In this document: positions 49,538 through 62,150 of the stretch, one piece after another
How positions within the stretch are numbered: the first letter of the stretch is position 1
Layout of the letters: each line of letters starts with the position of its first letter
From: Leucoraja ocellata
Lineage: Eukaryota
Length of the DNA stretch: 64,000 bases
Assembly (NCBI GenBank): GCA_036785375.1
Contig: JAWMAR010000535.1
Location: forward strand, 310,001 to 374,000
Direction of reading: 5' to 3'
Position numbers and translations under genes: made by a program
Notes under the pieces: generated by a model
What the model saw: only the letters and a program-made list of their open reading frames with translations
Told to the model about the DNA's origin: nothing
The model's database searches: none

Positions 49538-51533
49538 TGGTCATCACATGTACTATTGTACATCACAAAATCCCAAATTAGTATACCAAACATATTAAAC
49601 CTAACAGAGGATTTTGGATCTTTCACAGGGTACAGAATAAATTGGAATAAAAGTGAAATTATGTCAATAAAACCCAGAGACTCAACACACATTTTAAAAT
49701 TCCCTTTTAAAATTGCTACAGAAAAATGGAAATAATTGGAAATTGAAATCACTAGAAAATATCAAGCTATGTTTAATGCAAATTACAGCCCCCTACTTAA
49801 GAAATTAAACGCTCTAATTAAATTTTGGAAAACGCTTCCGATGTCTTTAATAGGTCGAATAAATGCTATAAAAATGATCTTTCTACCACAAATTCTATAT
49901 CTATTCCAGTCAATTCCAATATACCTACCAAAAAAGTTTTTTTTTAAACTGGACTCGGATATTACAAATTTTATATGGGACTATAAATCCCATAGAATAC
50001 AAAGAACACACTTGAGTAAACCTAAAGAATTTGGTGGATTAGCACTTCCTAATTTTTTGTATTATTATTGGGTAGTAAATATCAAAAATGTGATTCACCT
50101 GTTGGACAACTCTACCCAGCAGGTGGATTGGGTATAAATGGAGAGAGAAGCCTGCTCCTCTTTTAATATAGGAGCGATCCTCCTCTCACCAACGAACCTG
50201 AATAACACAAAATCCAATAAAAATCCAATTATACACAGTACAATTAGAATTTGGAAACAAATAAACCTTACCCTAAAATTAAGAAATCTATCGCTTCTTT
50301 CTCCAATAGTTAATAACCCGTCGTTTAAACCTTCTATTATAGATAAATCATTTACACAATGGGAAAGAGTAGGAATTAAAACATTTGGAGACATGTATGA
50401 AACTGGAAAATTATTATCATTTCAACAACTACAACTAAAATACAATTTGAGAAATAATCACTATTTCAAATATTTTCAAATATGTGACTATTTGAAAAAA
50501 TATACACAAAAATATCATAACTTGTCTCCAGACTTATTGGACGAAGCAATGAATACAGAGGCCGAATCACCTAATTTAATATCATACTTGTATAACATCA
50601 TTCTAAATATAGAAATACCATCATCCGATGGAATTAGAAGAGACGGGGAACACGAACTAGCTATAAAAATTTCGAAAGAGAGGTGGGATAAATATGTGCA
50701 TAAATGCTCGATTAACATAAGACATATTTTAATTCAATTTAAAACCTTACATAGACTATATTACTCAAAAACTAAAATAAGTAAACTTTTTCCTAATGTC
50801 TCCCCTATCTGTGATAAATGTCTATCCCAAGAAGCTACTATAGCGCATTCATTTGTTTTCTGTATAAAAATCCAAAAATTTTGGAGTGAAATTTTTGAAA
50901 TTTTCACAAAAGTATTTAAAATAAAATTGATACCAAATGCAGAATTGATTATTTTTGGAACAATGAAAGGCAGCCCTGAACTAACTGCATTTCAAAATAA
51001 CCTATTTAATCACGGTTTAATAACAGGAAAAATACTACTTTAAAAACGCCCCAATACCAGCTATAAATATGTGGATTTCAAATATGTTCGAAACATCACA
51101 CCTGGAAGATATGAGACTCCTTCTAGCAGTCAAATCAGACCACTTCCAAAAGATTTGGTCTGCATTTGTCGACTTACTACAAGTATAAGATGCAACAGAA
51201 CTCTGAAAAGAAACGCTTTCAGGACCTGGTGAGGGGGGAGAAAAAATACGAAGTTGGTATAGCCCTTTCAGCTCTGTTTTCTAATTTTAACATAGCTTCT
51301 GTTTCTTTTTCTCTTTTTTCTTTTCTATGGCTTACTTAACTTTTTTTTCCAACTCTTCGTGCCTATGGGTCTTTTTTTTTAAATCACTTTTTCACATACT
51401 CTCTTTCCTTTTTTTCTTTTTAAAGCTTAAAAAATGAAGTGGTACAAGAAATGTATTATATTATCTTTGGCTTATATTATTGTAATATAACTTCTTCTAA
51501 TAAATAAAATTAAATTAAAAAAAAAAAAAAAAA
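49538..51533 (+). mobile_element. L1-clade LINE, 5'-truncated (RT C-terminus, CCHC zinc knuckle, 3' UTR, poly-A)
   Basis: VLLYIT..FGSFTGYRINWNKSEI, GRINAIKMIFLPQILYLFQSIPI, GGLALPNF..YYW, CDKC..EATIAHSFVFC..IQKFW; in-frame stops; AATAAA and A-tail to 51533. Confidence 0.92.
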
Positions 51534-53094
51534 GTGCAAGGTCGGCAATAATGGAGGTTCGAAGATTGACACTACACCTTAGCTTATGGGAGGACCATTC
51601 AGTGGGCTGATAATAGCGTGGAAGGAAGTGTTCCTAAATTTGGTGGTGTGTTCATTCCAGGTTAGGTATCTGCTGCCCGTTAGGAGTGTGGACAAGAGAG
51701 ACTGACCAGGGTGTAAATAACCCTTCAATATGTTGCTGCTTTCCTGAAGCAGTTTGAAGAATCTGTATTTGGTTTCTTCTGTGTAAGGGAGGCAACATTA
51801 TGAACACCTCCTGAATTGGAAGAACTGCTGGTGAAACATTGCTTTACCTGGAAATAGCATTGGGTCACTGGGTGAAGGGAGAGGATCAGGTAAAAGGACA
51901 GGTGTTGCACTTCTTGTATTTGCATGGGAAGGTGCTGTACGACCAAGAATGTAGGCAAGTGCAGAAGAGCAGAAACATGGTTTGGAATTGGAACTTGCCT
52001 TGATCTCGTTTTCCTTCTTCGTCGTGTCAAATCTCCAGTGAAATAAAAGGGCTCCTTGTTACTGTACCAGGTCTTATGTACTGAGCGATCTAGGAGTCCA
52101 ATGACAGACTGCATTGGTGGAGTGTAGTCAAAGATCTGTTCAGCTTCAGCACCCTGTTGACCTGTGCTCAGATTCACATGTGCCAAAGTCCCAAGCTCGC
52201 TGGCTTTTTACATGGTCAAACGGTGGCAGTTTGCTGCAGAATTTCCAGAATTCCCACCAAAATTTGACCCAGGAATATGAGAAGCTCTTTCTGAAACTGG
52301 TTAGGTAAACTCCAGACGAACATTTCCCAATGTTTTTGAACAAAAGTTGCGCATGGCCACATTTGAAGAAACACAGATAAATATGAATGCATCTTTAAGA
52401 ACTCTGCCTGTGTTTGATACATTGTTCTACCAGCCTCTGCCGTTGGCTGTGTGTTGACCATCTTCAATAAAGGATATTTTGTTGGTAACTCTGGTCCTAA
52501 TTGTCTTGATTATGAGCAACGCTAAAGATCTATTTAAAAGAATGTTGAGCTGTCCACTTCCTCTACAGATGGCGCCTGAACAGCTGTGTTCCGCCAGCAT
52601 TTGGATGTTTTACTGAATTTATCTAGAAGGGCATTGGAAGGTGCGTAGTTTTTATTTTAACCTAGTAAGTTGTTTAATGAAGCTTATGAACGGGATAGAT
52701 TATTTTCATTCAGCCTTTGGTTAAAGTTTCCTACAGCAGTTTGGTAATTTCCTGTGGATGGCTACCTTTGTGGTGATCAACCTACTTAGGTCTGGTATCT
52801 CTTAGAATATCATGCCTCATTTCCTGACTTAGACTGGAGAGCACGCTGCAATTTTTGCCACAAAGTTGTATTCTATTGACCAATGTTTAACGTTCTGTTG
52901 TAACAGATTGATCTCTAACGCATTCAATTTGTGGGGGCGTTTTGTTGATGACAAAGATTGTGTCGAACCTTTCTCTGCAGAATCTCATGAGTCTGATTTA
53001 CTCTGAAAGCCCACTCAAATGGAAATTAATTAAATCATTAATTTACTAATGGGCCCAGATGATCTGACTGTTAGCTAGCAGTTATAGATTCATA

Positions 53095-54070
53095 AAGAAT
53101 CATAGTCTTACAGCATGGAAACAAGGCCATTTGGGCCAACTTGCCCACACCAGCTAACATGTCCCATCTACACTAGTCCCACCAGCCTGTGTTTGGCCCA
53201 TATCCCTCTAAACCTATCCTATCCATGTACCTGTCTAAATGATTCTTAAAACATTGCGATAGTACCTGCCTCAACTACCTCCTCCAGCAACTCGGTCCAT
53301 TGGCCCACCACCCTTTGTGTGAAAAGGTTATCCCTCGGGTTCCTATTAAGTTTTTCCCCCCTCATCTTGAATCATGTCCTCTGGTTCTTGATACCTCTAC
53401 TCTGGGCAAGAGACTCTGTGCATTTACCCGATCTATCCTTCTCATGGAATTGTTATTGGAGAAGATGCTAGTACTCATCTTTTGCATGTGGCCATGTTAG
53501 TGACTTGGCTTGATTACTGCTGATGTGCCAATTTTCTGGTTGACCGATCATTGGTAAAGTTGGTCTCTTGCCATGCCATTCGGCCCATAAAGTCTACTCC
53601 GCCATTCAATCATGACTGATCTGTCTTTCCCTCTCAACCCCATTCTCCTGCCTTCTCCCCATAACGCCTGACACATACTAATCAAGAATCTGTCAATCGT
53701 CACCGTAAAAATATCCACAGCACACTGTGACAATGAACTCCACAGATTCACCACCCTCTGACAAACACAATTATCCTGATCTCCTTTCTAAAGGTACATC
53801 TTTTTTTTCTGAGGCTATGGTCTCTGGTCCTAGACTCCCACTGGTGGAATCATCCTCTCCAGATTGACTCCATCCAGGCTTTTCACTATCCGGTAAGTTT
53901 ACATGAAATCCCCTCTCATCTTTCCATTCTCTAGAGAGTCCAGGCCCAATGCTGTCACTCATCATATGTTAACCCAATCATTCCTGGGAACATTCTCGTA
54001 AACCTCCTCTGGGCCCTCTCTAATGCCAGCACATCCATCCTCAGATATGGGGCACAAAACTGTTTACAAT
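53095..54070 (-). mobile_element. Two decayed CR1 3' fragments (about 53095-53445 and 53575-54070)
   Basis: Reverse-strand CR1 ORF2 end and 3' UTR motifs. Confidence 0.75.
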
Positions 54071-54436
54071 AGATGTATATGAACATACTTGGCCAATACA
54101 CTTATTCATTTATTCATTGTTTCTGAGGCCCTACTCTACTTTAAAGTTTGAATACCATAAAATGCATGAATAGGCTGTTCACTGTATTGAATCATAACAG
54201 AATGGCATTTGGAAAATTAGTGTGTTTGTATCCTCCAGGTTTGTTCGATAAAGGTTATCTAGCAGTTATTTTATTCAAAATAACCCACAAGTGTTGGCGT
54301 AACTCAATGGGTCAGGCTGCATTTCTCGATGTCCTGGATGTGCTGTAATCTCTTAATTTAGAGATACAGCACAGAAGCAGGCCCTTCAGCCCACCGTCCC
54401 CACAGACCAGTGATCCCCATACTATCCAAGCGCATA

Positions 54437-56450
54437 GATACATAGAAAATAGGTGCAGGAGAAGGCCATTTGGCCCTTCGAGCCAGCACCATCATTCAAT
54501 ATGATCATGGCTGATCATCTAAAATCAGTACCCTGTTCCGGCTTTTTCCCCATATTCCTTGATACCCTTAGCCCCAAGAGCTAAATCAAACTCTCTCATG
54601 AAAACATCCAGTGAATTGGCTTCCACTGTCTTCTGTGGCAGAGAAATCAACAGATTCACAACTCTCTGGGTGAAAAAAAATGTCCTCATCTCAGTCCTAA
54701 ATGGCCTACCCCCTTATTCTTAAACTGTGACCCCTGATTCTAGACTCCCCCAACATCGGGAACATTTTTCCTGCATCTACCCTGTCCAATCCTCTAAGAA
54801 TGTTATATGTTTCTACAAGATCCACTCATCCTTCTAAATTCTAGCGAATACAAGCCCAGTCGACCCATTCCTCGTGGCCTACAAGCGGGTGTGGAGCGCC
54901 GTTTCCTAGCGGGGACCGGCCAGCACCTCAGTTTCGGTGGCGGCACAGCGCTGGAGCGCTATCGCGGAGCGGAGCGGGCGATGCCTTGCCTGGGTCGCCG
55001 CGCTGGATCGACGCCCTGGAGCTCCGGTGAGCTGTGACCGCCGAGTTCAACACCTCCGGGCTGCGGGTCTGCGGAGCGGAGCGGGCGGCGCCGACTTCAA
55101 CATCGGGAGCCTGGGAGCTCCAAACCGGCGCGGCCTTGTCGGCTTCAGAAGCCGCGGTCTCCGGTAAGGAAGCGGCCATTCCAGGTGGCCCAGCCGCTGA
55201 GAGGACTCTCCCGACGCCGGGGCAACAGCACCCAGCGAGAACGGCCAGGAACATCGGGCCTCCGTAGAGGCAATAGTGGAGGCCTCAATAGGCCTAACTT
55301 TGGGAGAACTGGGGATGGGGACTGGACATTGTGCCTTCCCCCACAGTGGTAACCATTGTGGGGGGATGATTTTTGTGTGTAAGTGATTATTTTAGTTTGT
55401 GTCCAAGATGGCTGTCGGAAGGGAGAGTGGACGCTGGCGCGGTTTAGCTGCCGCTGCTCTCTCTTCACATTGTGATTTTGATTTATTTTTTGTCTTTGGA
55501 TCAAATTCTGTCTTTAATTTGTGTATTGGTGATGTCTTTATTATTTATTTTACTCCGATTATATGTTTTTTACTCTTGTTAAATTCTGTAAGGTGTCCTT
55601 GAGACTTTTGAAAGGCGCCCATAAATAAAATTTATTATTATTATTATTATTATTCTTTCATTATATGTCAGTCCCGCCATCCCGGGAATTAATCTGATGA
55701 ACCTATGATGCACTCCCTCAATAGCAAGAATGTCCTTCCTCAAATTAGGAAGTTGCACACAATACTCCAGGTGTGGTCTCACCAGGGCCCTGTACAACTG
55801 CAGTAGGACCTTGCTCCTAAACTTGAATCCTCTCGCAATGAAGGCCAAAATGCCATTGGCTTTCTTCACTATCTGCTGTACCTGCATGCTTACTTTCAGT
55901 GACTGATGTACAAGCACAACCAGGTCTCGTTGCACCTCCCCTTCTCCTAATCTGACACCATTCTGATAATAATCTGCCTTCCTGTTCTTGCCACCAAAGT
56001 GCATAACTTTACATTTATCCACATTATACTGCATCTGCCATGCTTCTGCCCACTCACCCAACCTATCCAAGTCACCCTGCAGCTTCATAGCATCCTCATC
56101 GCAGCTCACAATGCCACCCAGCTTTGTGTCATCCGCAAACTTAGAGATGTTACATTTAATTCCTTTGTCTAAATTGTTAATATATATTGTAAACAACTGG
56201 GGTCCTTGCACTGTGTTTTGCGGTACCTCACTTGTCACTGCCTGCCATTCTGAAAAAGACCCGTTAATTCCTGCTCTTTGCTTCGTGTCTGCCAACCTGT
56301 TCTCGGTCCATGTCAGTATCCTACCCTCAATACCATGTGCCCTAATTTTGCACACTAATCTCTTGTGTTGGACCTTGTCAAAGTCTTTTCGAAAATCCAG
56401 ATACACCACATCCACTGGGACTCCCTTATCTATTCTACTTGTTACATCCT
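54437..56450 (-). mobile_element. CR1 LINE RT domain to 3' end, interrupted at 54871-55652
   Basis: DVVYLDFRKDFDKV.H, VPQ..V.GPQLF.IYIN, SKFADDTKL, LVRPHLEYCVQ. Confidence 0.92.
54871..55652 (+). mobile_element. GC-rich non-coding retroposon with L2-type 3' tail
   Basis: Ends TGTAAGGTGTCCTTGAG..TGAAAGGCGCCCATAAATAAA then (TTA)n; splits the CR1, with ATTC on both sides. Confidence 0.7.
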
Positions 56451-57271
56451 CAAATTACACTTGTTATAGAAAACTTTACCCTCCAGGAATATTTGTACCT
56501 GAAAGAGTTGGAATTGGGAATAAGTTTACTGACCTTTCCTGGGGATGGGATCAGCAGACACAAGCCTATTTCTCTTCTGTTGTTGGTATCCCTGTGCATG
56601 TTTTCCTCTCCCTCTGACACCCGCCCTGTCTCTCCAGCCCCTGCACTACCCTCCGGGGGCCCAGCACAGAAACAGTTGTGGTAAAGGTGAGAAGATATTC
56701 CTTGGAGCACAGGAGGATGAGAAGTGAATAACATCATGAGAGGAATAGATTGGGTAAATGCTCAGTTAAATCCATCCACAGCAGGTGCAGTCAACAGAAG
56801 TAAGATGAACTATTTATAAGGATATTGAAGTATTTGTAGGGAAATGTAAAAGTTGCACAGGAAACACAAATCACATTTTCCAATATTCACATGTATTCAC
56901 TTTGTGGCAGGTTAGTGATCAAGATCAAAAGTCTCAAGAGCAGAAGTATTTTAAGATATTTAAAGAAGAGTTAAAAAAAAATAGTAATTAAATTATTAAT
57001 TAAGTAATATCAAATGAGATCAATTACCATAACTTAGGATTTAGAACAATTAATAAGCTTGGCATCAACATGTGAGTTGAGTTAATAATCTAAGATTTTA
57101 GAATGAACCAATGCAAATGTTATGTTTGGGATACATTAACCAGTCAGAATATGTAAGACTGTGGTTTCCTTTTCAACAGGTGCTTCCTGTTACTGCCATT
57201 TAATTATTTAGCCGTCTAAGTCAGCTATTTTCTGTCAGTGGAATTCTAAGACAGCTATCCCACGAAACATC

Positions 57272-57311
57272 ATGATAAGAGCAGCTTTTGTCTGCCTGCT
57301 GATTGTGTCTG
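57272..57311 (+). CDS. Probable signal-peptide exon of a second + strand membrane or secreted protein (exon about 57180-57311)
   Basis: Acceptor tttccttttcaacag ending at 57179; ATG with A at -3; MIRAAFVCLLIVS(G); phase-1 donor G|gtaggt. Confidence 0.55.
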
Positions 57312-58299
57312 GTAGGTCCGTCTTTATTATTCTGGAACTTTTATTTAAATCGACAATGGAGTCACTTCATACAAATAGAGAGACAATGTGTGGAGCAAAA
57401 TAAAAGTGTCCTGGACTGAAACTAATAGGGAAACGTGAGGTCAAGTTTAGGTTTAAATTTAAGTCTATTATAGACACAAGTACCAAGGTAAGTTGGTTTG
57501 CAGTGCAAAGATTTTTTTAGAGGGTCGGAGGTGTAAACAGTCCAGTGTAGCGCAACGCACTAGCAAAAAAGTGACTGAATCGTTAAGTACAATGGTTAAA
57601 ATAGGCCTGGTCATAGTGCAGACCAGGAGAAAATTTTACTTAGTTTGATCAATCAAATTGTTCAATTTTTTTGTCCCTTCACTTCATCGTAACATGTACC
57701 TTCTGCACAGAAACAAAGACCATAACATTTAAAAGCAGACGTATTTTAAAGCACAGATATTGTACGTACATAATAGTTCAAGCTGCACTATTAATTGCTG
57801 TTTGTGAGAGAAATAGATCGGGTAAACGCACGGAGTCTCGTGCTCAGAGTAGGGGAATGGAGAACCAGAGGACATAGGTTTAAGGTGAAGGGGGAAAGAT
57901 TTAATAGGAATCTGAGAGGTAACATTTTCACACAAGTGGTGGTGGGTGTTGGCAGGTTAGGCCAAAGGGTCTGTTTCAATGCTCTGTGAATCTTGGACTC
58001 TTTTAATTTAGTTTTTAACTTATTTGGTGTGCATACCGTCACAAAGGAAGGACTGGATATGAGGGATTACAGATCTGTGGATGTTGTTTAAATGCAGTTT
58101 AAAAAAAAACGACTGGATTATTATAGAATCAGATCAGTCTCTGAAAATAGTAATTTTTGAACCCATTATAAAATACTGGCTATACCTAACTGGAACAGTA
58201 TGTCAATTTCTGAGCATGGAACAACAGGCCAGTTGTGAAATCTTGAGGAGGACACACTGAAGATTTATTAGAAATGAGCAGCATTTTCTTTTAGACAAG

Positions 58300-58482
58300 A
58301 ACTTCCAGTGGAAGTGGTGGAGGCAGGTTCAATTTTATCATATAAAAATAAATTGGACGGGAAAGGAATGGAGGGTTATGGTTTGAGTGCATGGTAGATG
58401 GGACTAGGGGAGAATAAGTGTTCGGCATGGACTAGAAGGGCCGAGATTTCCGTGCAGTAATTGTTATATGGTTATATGGTTA
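58300..58482 (+). mobile_element. CR1 3' tail
   Basis: Same subfamily as 12820-13030, with (GTTATATG)n tail. Confidence 0.8.
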
Positions 58483-59139
58483 TAAGTAGGTGCAAGTTCG
58501 CATATAATGGTTCAAGCTGACTGCTGTATATCAATTTAATGTTTCACTTTTTTAGGGTGCACATTGTCACAAAGGAAGGACTGGATATGAGAGATTACAG
58601 TTATGTGGATAGTTTAGAGGAAATGGGGTTGATCCCTTTAAGCCAAAGAAGGTTGAGATGAAACCTTATTTAGGCATTCAGATTTATTAAGAGTCTAAAT
58701 AGGAGATGGAAGGTCAATCTGGTTTTATGAAAAAAAGATTTAAATCTTAACAGAGATTTAAATTGATTGGTAAAAGAACACAAGAGACAAAAGATAAAAT
58801 ATTTTTGCATGCAGCAGTAGTTCTGATCTGGAAAGAAATGAACAGAGAGGTGGTGGAAGCAAATTCCATCACAAAGGGATTGGGTAAATGCATAAATGGA
58901 TAAAAGGGAAAATGGGAAAAAAGCTATAAGACGAATGGAGTATTTCAACAAAAGGCCAGACCAGCATGTCGGGTTGAATGGCCTCCTTCTATACTGTAAT
59001 GATTTTAGTGTGTCTTATTTTTAGGTGATCTTAACTAGGGTCTGTGAGCAGGTTAGTTTGTGTGGAACAAAGGGTTTGAGTAACATGTTATGGTGTTAAC
59101 TACAAGATCTGCATTGAAGACTTTGTGTCTACCATTTGT

Positions 59140-59880
59140 GTAGGAAGGAACTGCTGATGCTGGTTTACACTGAGGATAGACGCAAAATGTTGGAGTAACT
59201 CAGCAGAACAGGCAGCATCTCAGGAGAGAAGGAATGGATGACGTTTCGGGTCGAGACCCTTCTTCAGACATGTCAGGGCAGTGGGCGGGACAGAGATAGA
59301 ATGTAGTTGGAGACGGTACGACTGGTGGGAGAACTGGGAAGGGGGAGGGGATGGAGAGAGTGGAAAAGGAAAAGCTACTTGAAGTTAGAGAAGTCAATGT
59401 TCATACCCCACTCTGACAATGGAGGAGGCACAGGACAGAAAGGTCAGATTGGGAATGGGAGGGGGAGTTAAAGTGCTGAGCAACCGGGAGATCGGGTATG
59501 TTTAGGCGGAATGAGTGGAGGTGTGCAGTGAAATGATCGCCGAGCCTCTGCTTGATCTCGCCGATATACAGGAGTCGACACCTGGAACAGCGGATACAGT
59601 AGATGAGGTTGGAGGAGGTGCAAGTGAACCTCTGCCTCACCTGAAAAGATTGTCGGTGTCCTTGGACGGAGTCGATGGGGGAGGTAAAAGCACAGGTGTT
59701 GCATCTCCGGCGGTTGCAGAGGAAAGTACCTGGGGAGGGAGTGGTTTGTGTGGGAAGAGACGAGTTGACCAGGGAATTGCGGAGGGAACGGTCTCTGCAT
59801 AAAGTAGAAAGGTGTGAAGATGGGAAGATGTGGCTAGTAGTGGGATCCCGTTGGAGGTGACAAAAATGTTGGAGGATTAT
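59140..59880 (-). mobile_element. Neptune-type Penelope element 3' end (Cys linker, GIY-YIG endonuclease, pLTR)
   Basis: PGTFLCNRRRCNTC..FTCTSSNLIYCIRCSRCRLLYIGE.K.RL..F..HL..PVAQHFNSPSH. Confidence 0.9.
59240..59267 (-). ncRNA. Minimal type I hammerhead ribozyme motif (best-preserved copy)
   Basis: CUGAAGA-A-GGGU(CUCG)ACCC-GAAAC-GUC: complete core boxes, 4-bp stem II, loopless palindromic stem III, GUC site. Confidence 0.7.
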
Positions 59881-60395
59881 GTGCCGTTTACCACGGAGTT
59901 GCGGATATCTCCTACACAAGATAACAAATGAACTCCACAACCCCTTAAATTTCAACTTGCTGGGGCTAAAGTGCACTACTACAATATACGAGCCCAATGA
60001 ATTATGTAATATTAATTTGAAGAGATTTGTATTTAAGCATCTGTTAAGTGCAAGTAATATCTGCCCATGGAGTGAATTTCAGAGACATAAGGCAACGCCA
60101 GCACTACTATAGAGAGTATTTTATTACTAAATGGAAATAATCTCCAAGGTATATATAGATATAAATTATTAGAGATATCTGCGGTTTTCAATAGAAATTA
60201 AAACTTAAGAGAAATGACTTTGTGGCTGAGATATATGTATTAAACCTTCAACATCAGCATCTCGTTGTCTACATTGAATTGAATATAAAGTATTCAGACA
60301 GGTATGTCCAAATACATTATGTACATGCACACAACATCAGATAAATCTTAACAGTCAGTGTTTCACTAAACTACTAGTCCATACTTCATATGGAA

Positions 60396-62150
60396 TTTTA
60401 CTTCGGAGTCACGTGAGTGACTACGTGAAGAACCCGCTTCCAACGCATGCGTGTCATATCGCTACACGCATTGCAACGAGTCACACAGGGGGAACGACGT
60501 TCACCAGCGGGTGAATTTGAAAGTCGGGAACAGCAGGTAAGAGACTCTGCGTTCCTTCCACTTACCTTTTAGGTGGAGACATGGACCGGATCCATGAAGG
60601 CTGCGGAATGCTGGCGGGGGAGAACCGCGGAGTGCGGGCAGCCGGCAGGAGCAGCAACGGCACACCGATTTCCGGAGAGGAAAACACCTGTGCCCGACTT
60701 CGCTCCCGCACCGGGGGGAAAAATTCACTTCTCAGCCGGGCGGGCAGCAAAGCAAAGAAGCAAGTACAAAGTATGCCAGTCTCAAGCGAGTCTGGCTTGG
60801 AGCAGCGCTAGCGGCCAGCGCCGAGGCTCACGGAACTGAGGACATTGGAGTGGGGTTGACCGGCTGCAACGACCGCGAGGGAACAGTACCGTGAGTACCG
60901 GGGTCGGTCCCAGCGGTCTGAGATAAACGAGCAGCCAGGAGCGCTGAGAGCGTTGGAGCCGGCTTTGACCGGCTACACAGCAAAATCCCGACGAATCGGG
61001 TACAACCCCACGGACCCCATTGAATTGAGTGGCGGTGCAGGCTCGAGGGGCTGAATGGCCTGCTCCTGCACCTAATTTTTTCTATGTTACTATGACCCTT
61101 ATTATAGGTATGTGGGAAAATGGTGTAGACCTAAAAATAGGGTTTTTTTCATAAAAATCTGTTTATTAATCCTTTGGTTAAAGTATTAGATGGGTCCAGG
61201 GCGCTGGAAGTACGGAGACGGCGTGGACCCGCTAGCCCACGCTGGAGGAAGCCGGTACGAGTGGCAGCAGCATGACAGCAGCCCGCACAGGTGCCTGTGA
61301 GTACCAGGACCGTGTGGAGAGGTGGACCTGCATACAAGACCGGTGCGGTCAGCGGTGGGGCGAGGGAAACCCGCAAACCAGTGCCCGTGTGTACGGGGGA
61401 CGGAAACAGCGGGGGAAAAAAGGAGCTCCTTCACAGTAGCAGTCACATGGATGTGGAGACTAGCCACAGTGGGCAGGAGGTAAGCCCCACATGGGTACCC
61501 CGTGCGGGACCCCTAGAGATCTCTAACTCTATAAAAAAGAGTGGGCAGGACCCTGATGGGCCAGAGCCTGGTAATACAGCGTCCCATGATCCTAAAACAG
61601 CAGGGACTCTGCTGGACATGGTGGCTGATTACTTTAAACCAAGTCAAACAGGGGTAGACTTGGATCCCAGGATGGCAATAGTATTAACTATATGTCTGGC
61701 CACAAACTCCAACAAGAAATTGCAATACTACAGTTACGAATGGTGTAAAATCACTACAGACTCATATATTCTAAGCAGTATTCAGGGTTATCTGATAGAA
61801 TTTACTTATCCCAATAACCCCCCAGTACAACATACACCAGAAAGGCATTTTGTCCTTACAAAAACCGAACAATCTAAAGCCCACATGGTGCTACAAAGAT
61901 TGTACACAAAAGGTGTGATTGAGCATACTATTCATGAAAAATTAGAATTTGTATCAAACATATTTATTAAAAATAAAAAAGATGGGGGTTGCAGGATTAT
62001 CATTGACCTTTTAACCCTAAACACATTCGTTCAATATGTTCATTTTAAGATGGATTACTGCTAAGAATTAGTGTCAGCTGGGTTTTCTATATGACAGGCG
62101 TTGACTCAAAAGATGCATACTATACAGTACCCATCAGAGGGGATCACAGA
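60396..62150 (+). mobile_element. DIRS1-like retrotransposon copy 2 (5' end, gag-region remnant, RT N-terminus), 3'-truncated
   Basis: Same terminus as 2300. Protein remnants: IQGYLIEF..PPVQ, KGVIE, FVSNIFIKNKKDGGCRIIIDL..LN.FV...HFKMD, then VDSKDAYYTVPIRGDHR. Confidence 0.9.

Noticed and set aside
57760-58612. Local duplication (58025-58082 versus 58556-58610)
   Set aside because: Short, diverged and within decayed LINE-like sequence; no functional signal.
60537-60572. GTAAG...TTTTAG mini-intron before the DIRS ATG
   Set aside because: About 36 nt, too short for a typical vertebrate intron; GGTAAG/CTTACC may instead pair as a hairpin.
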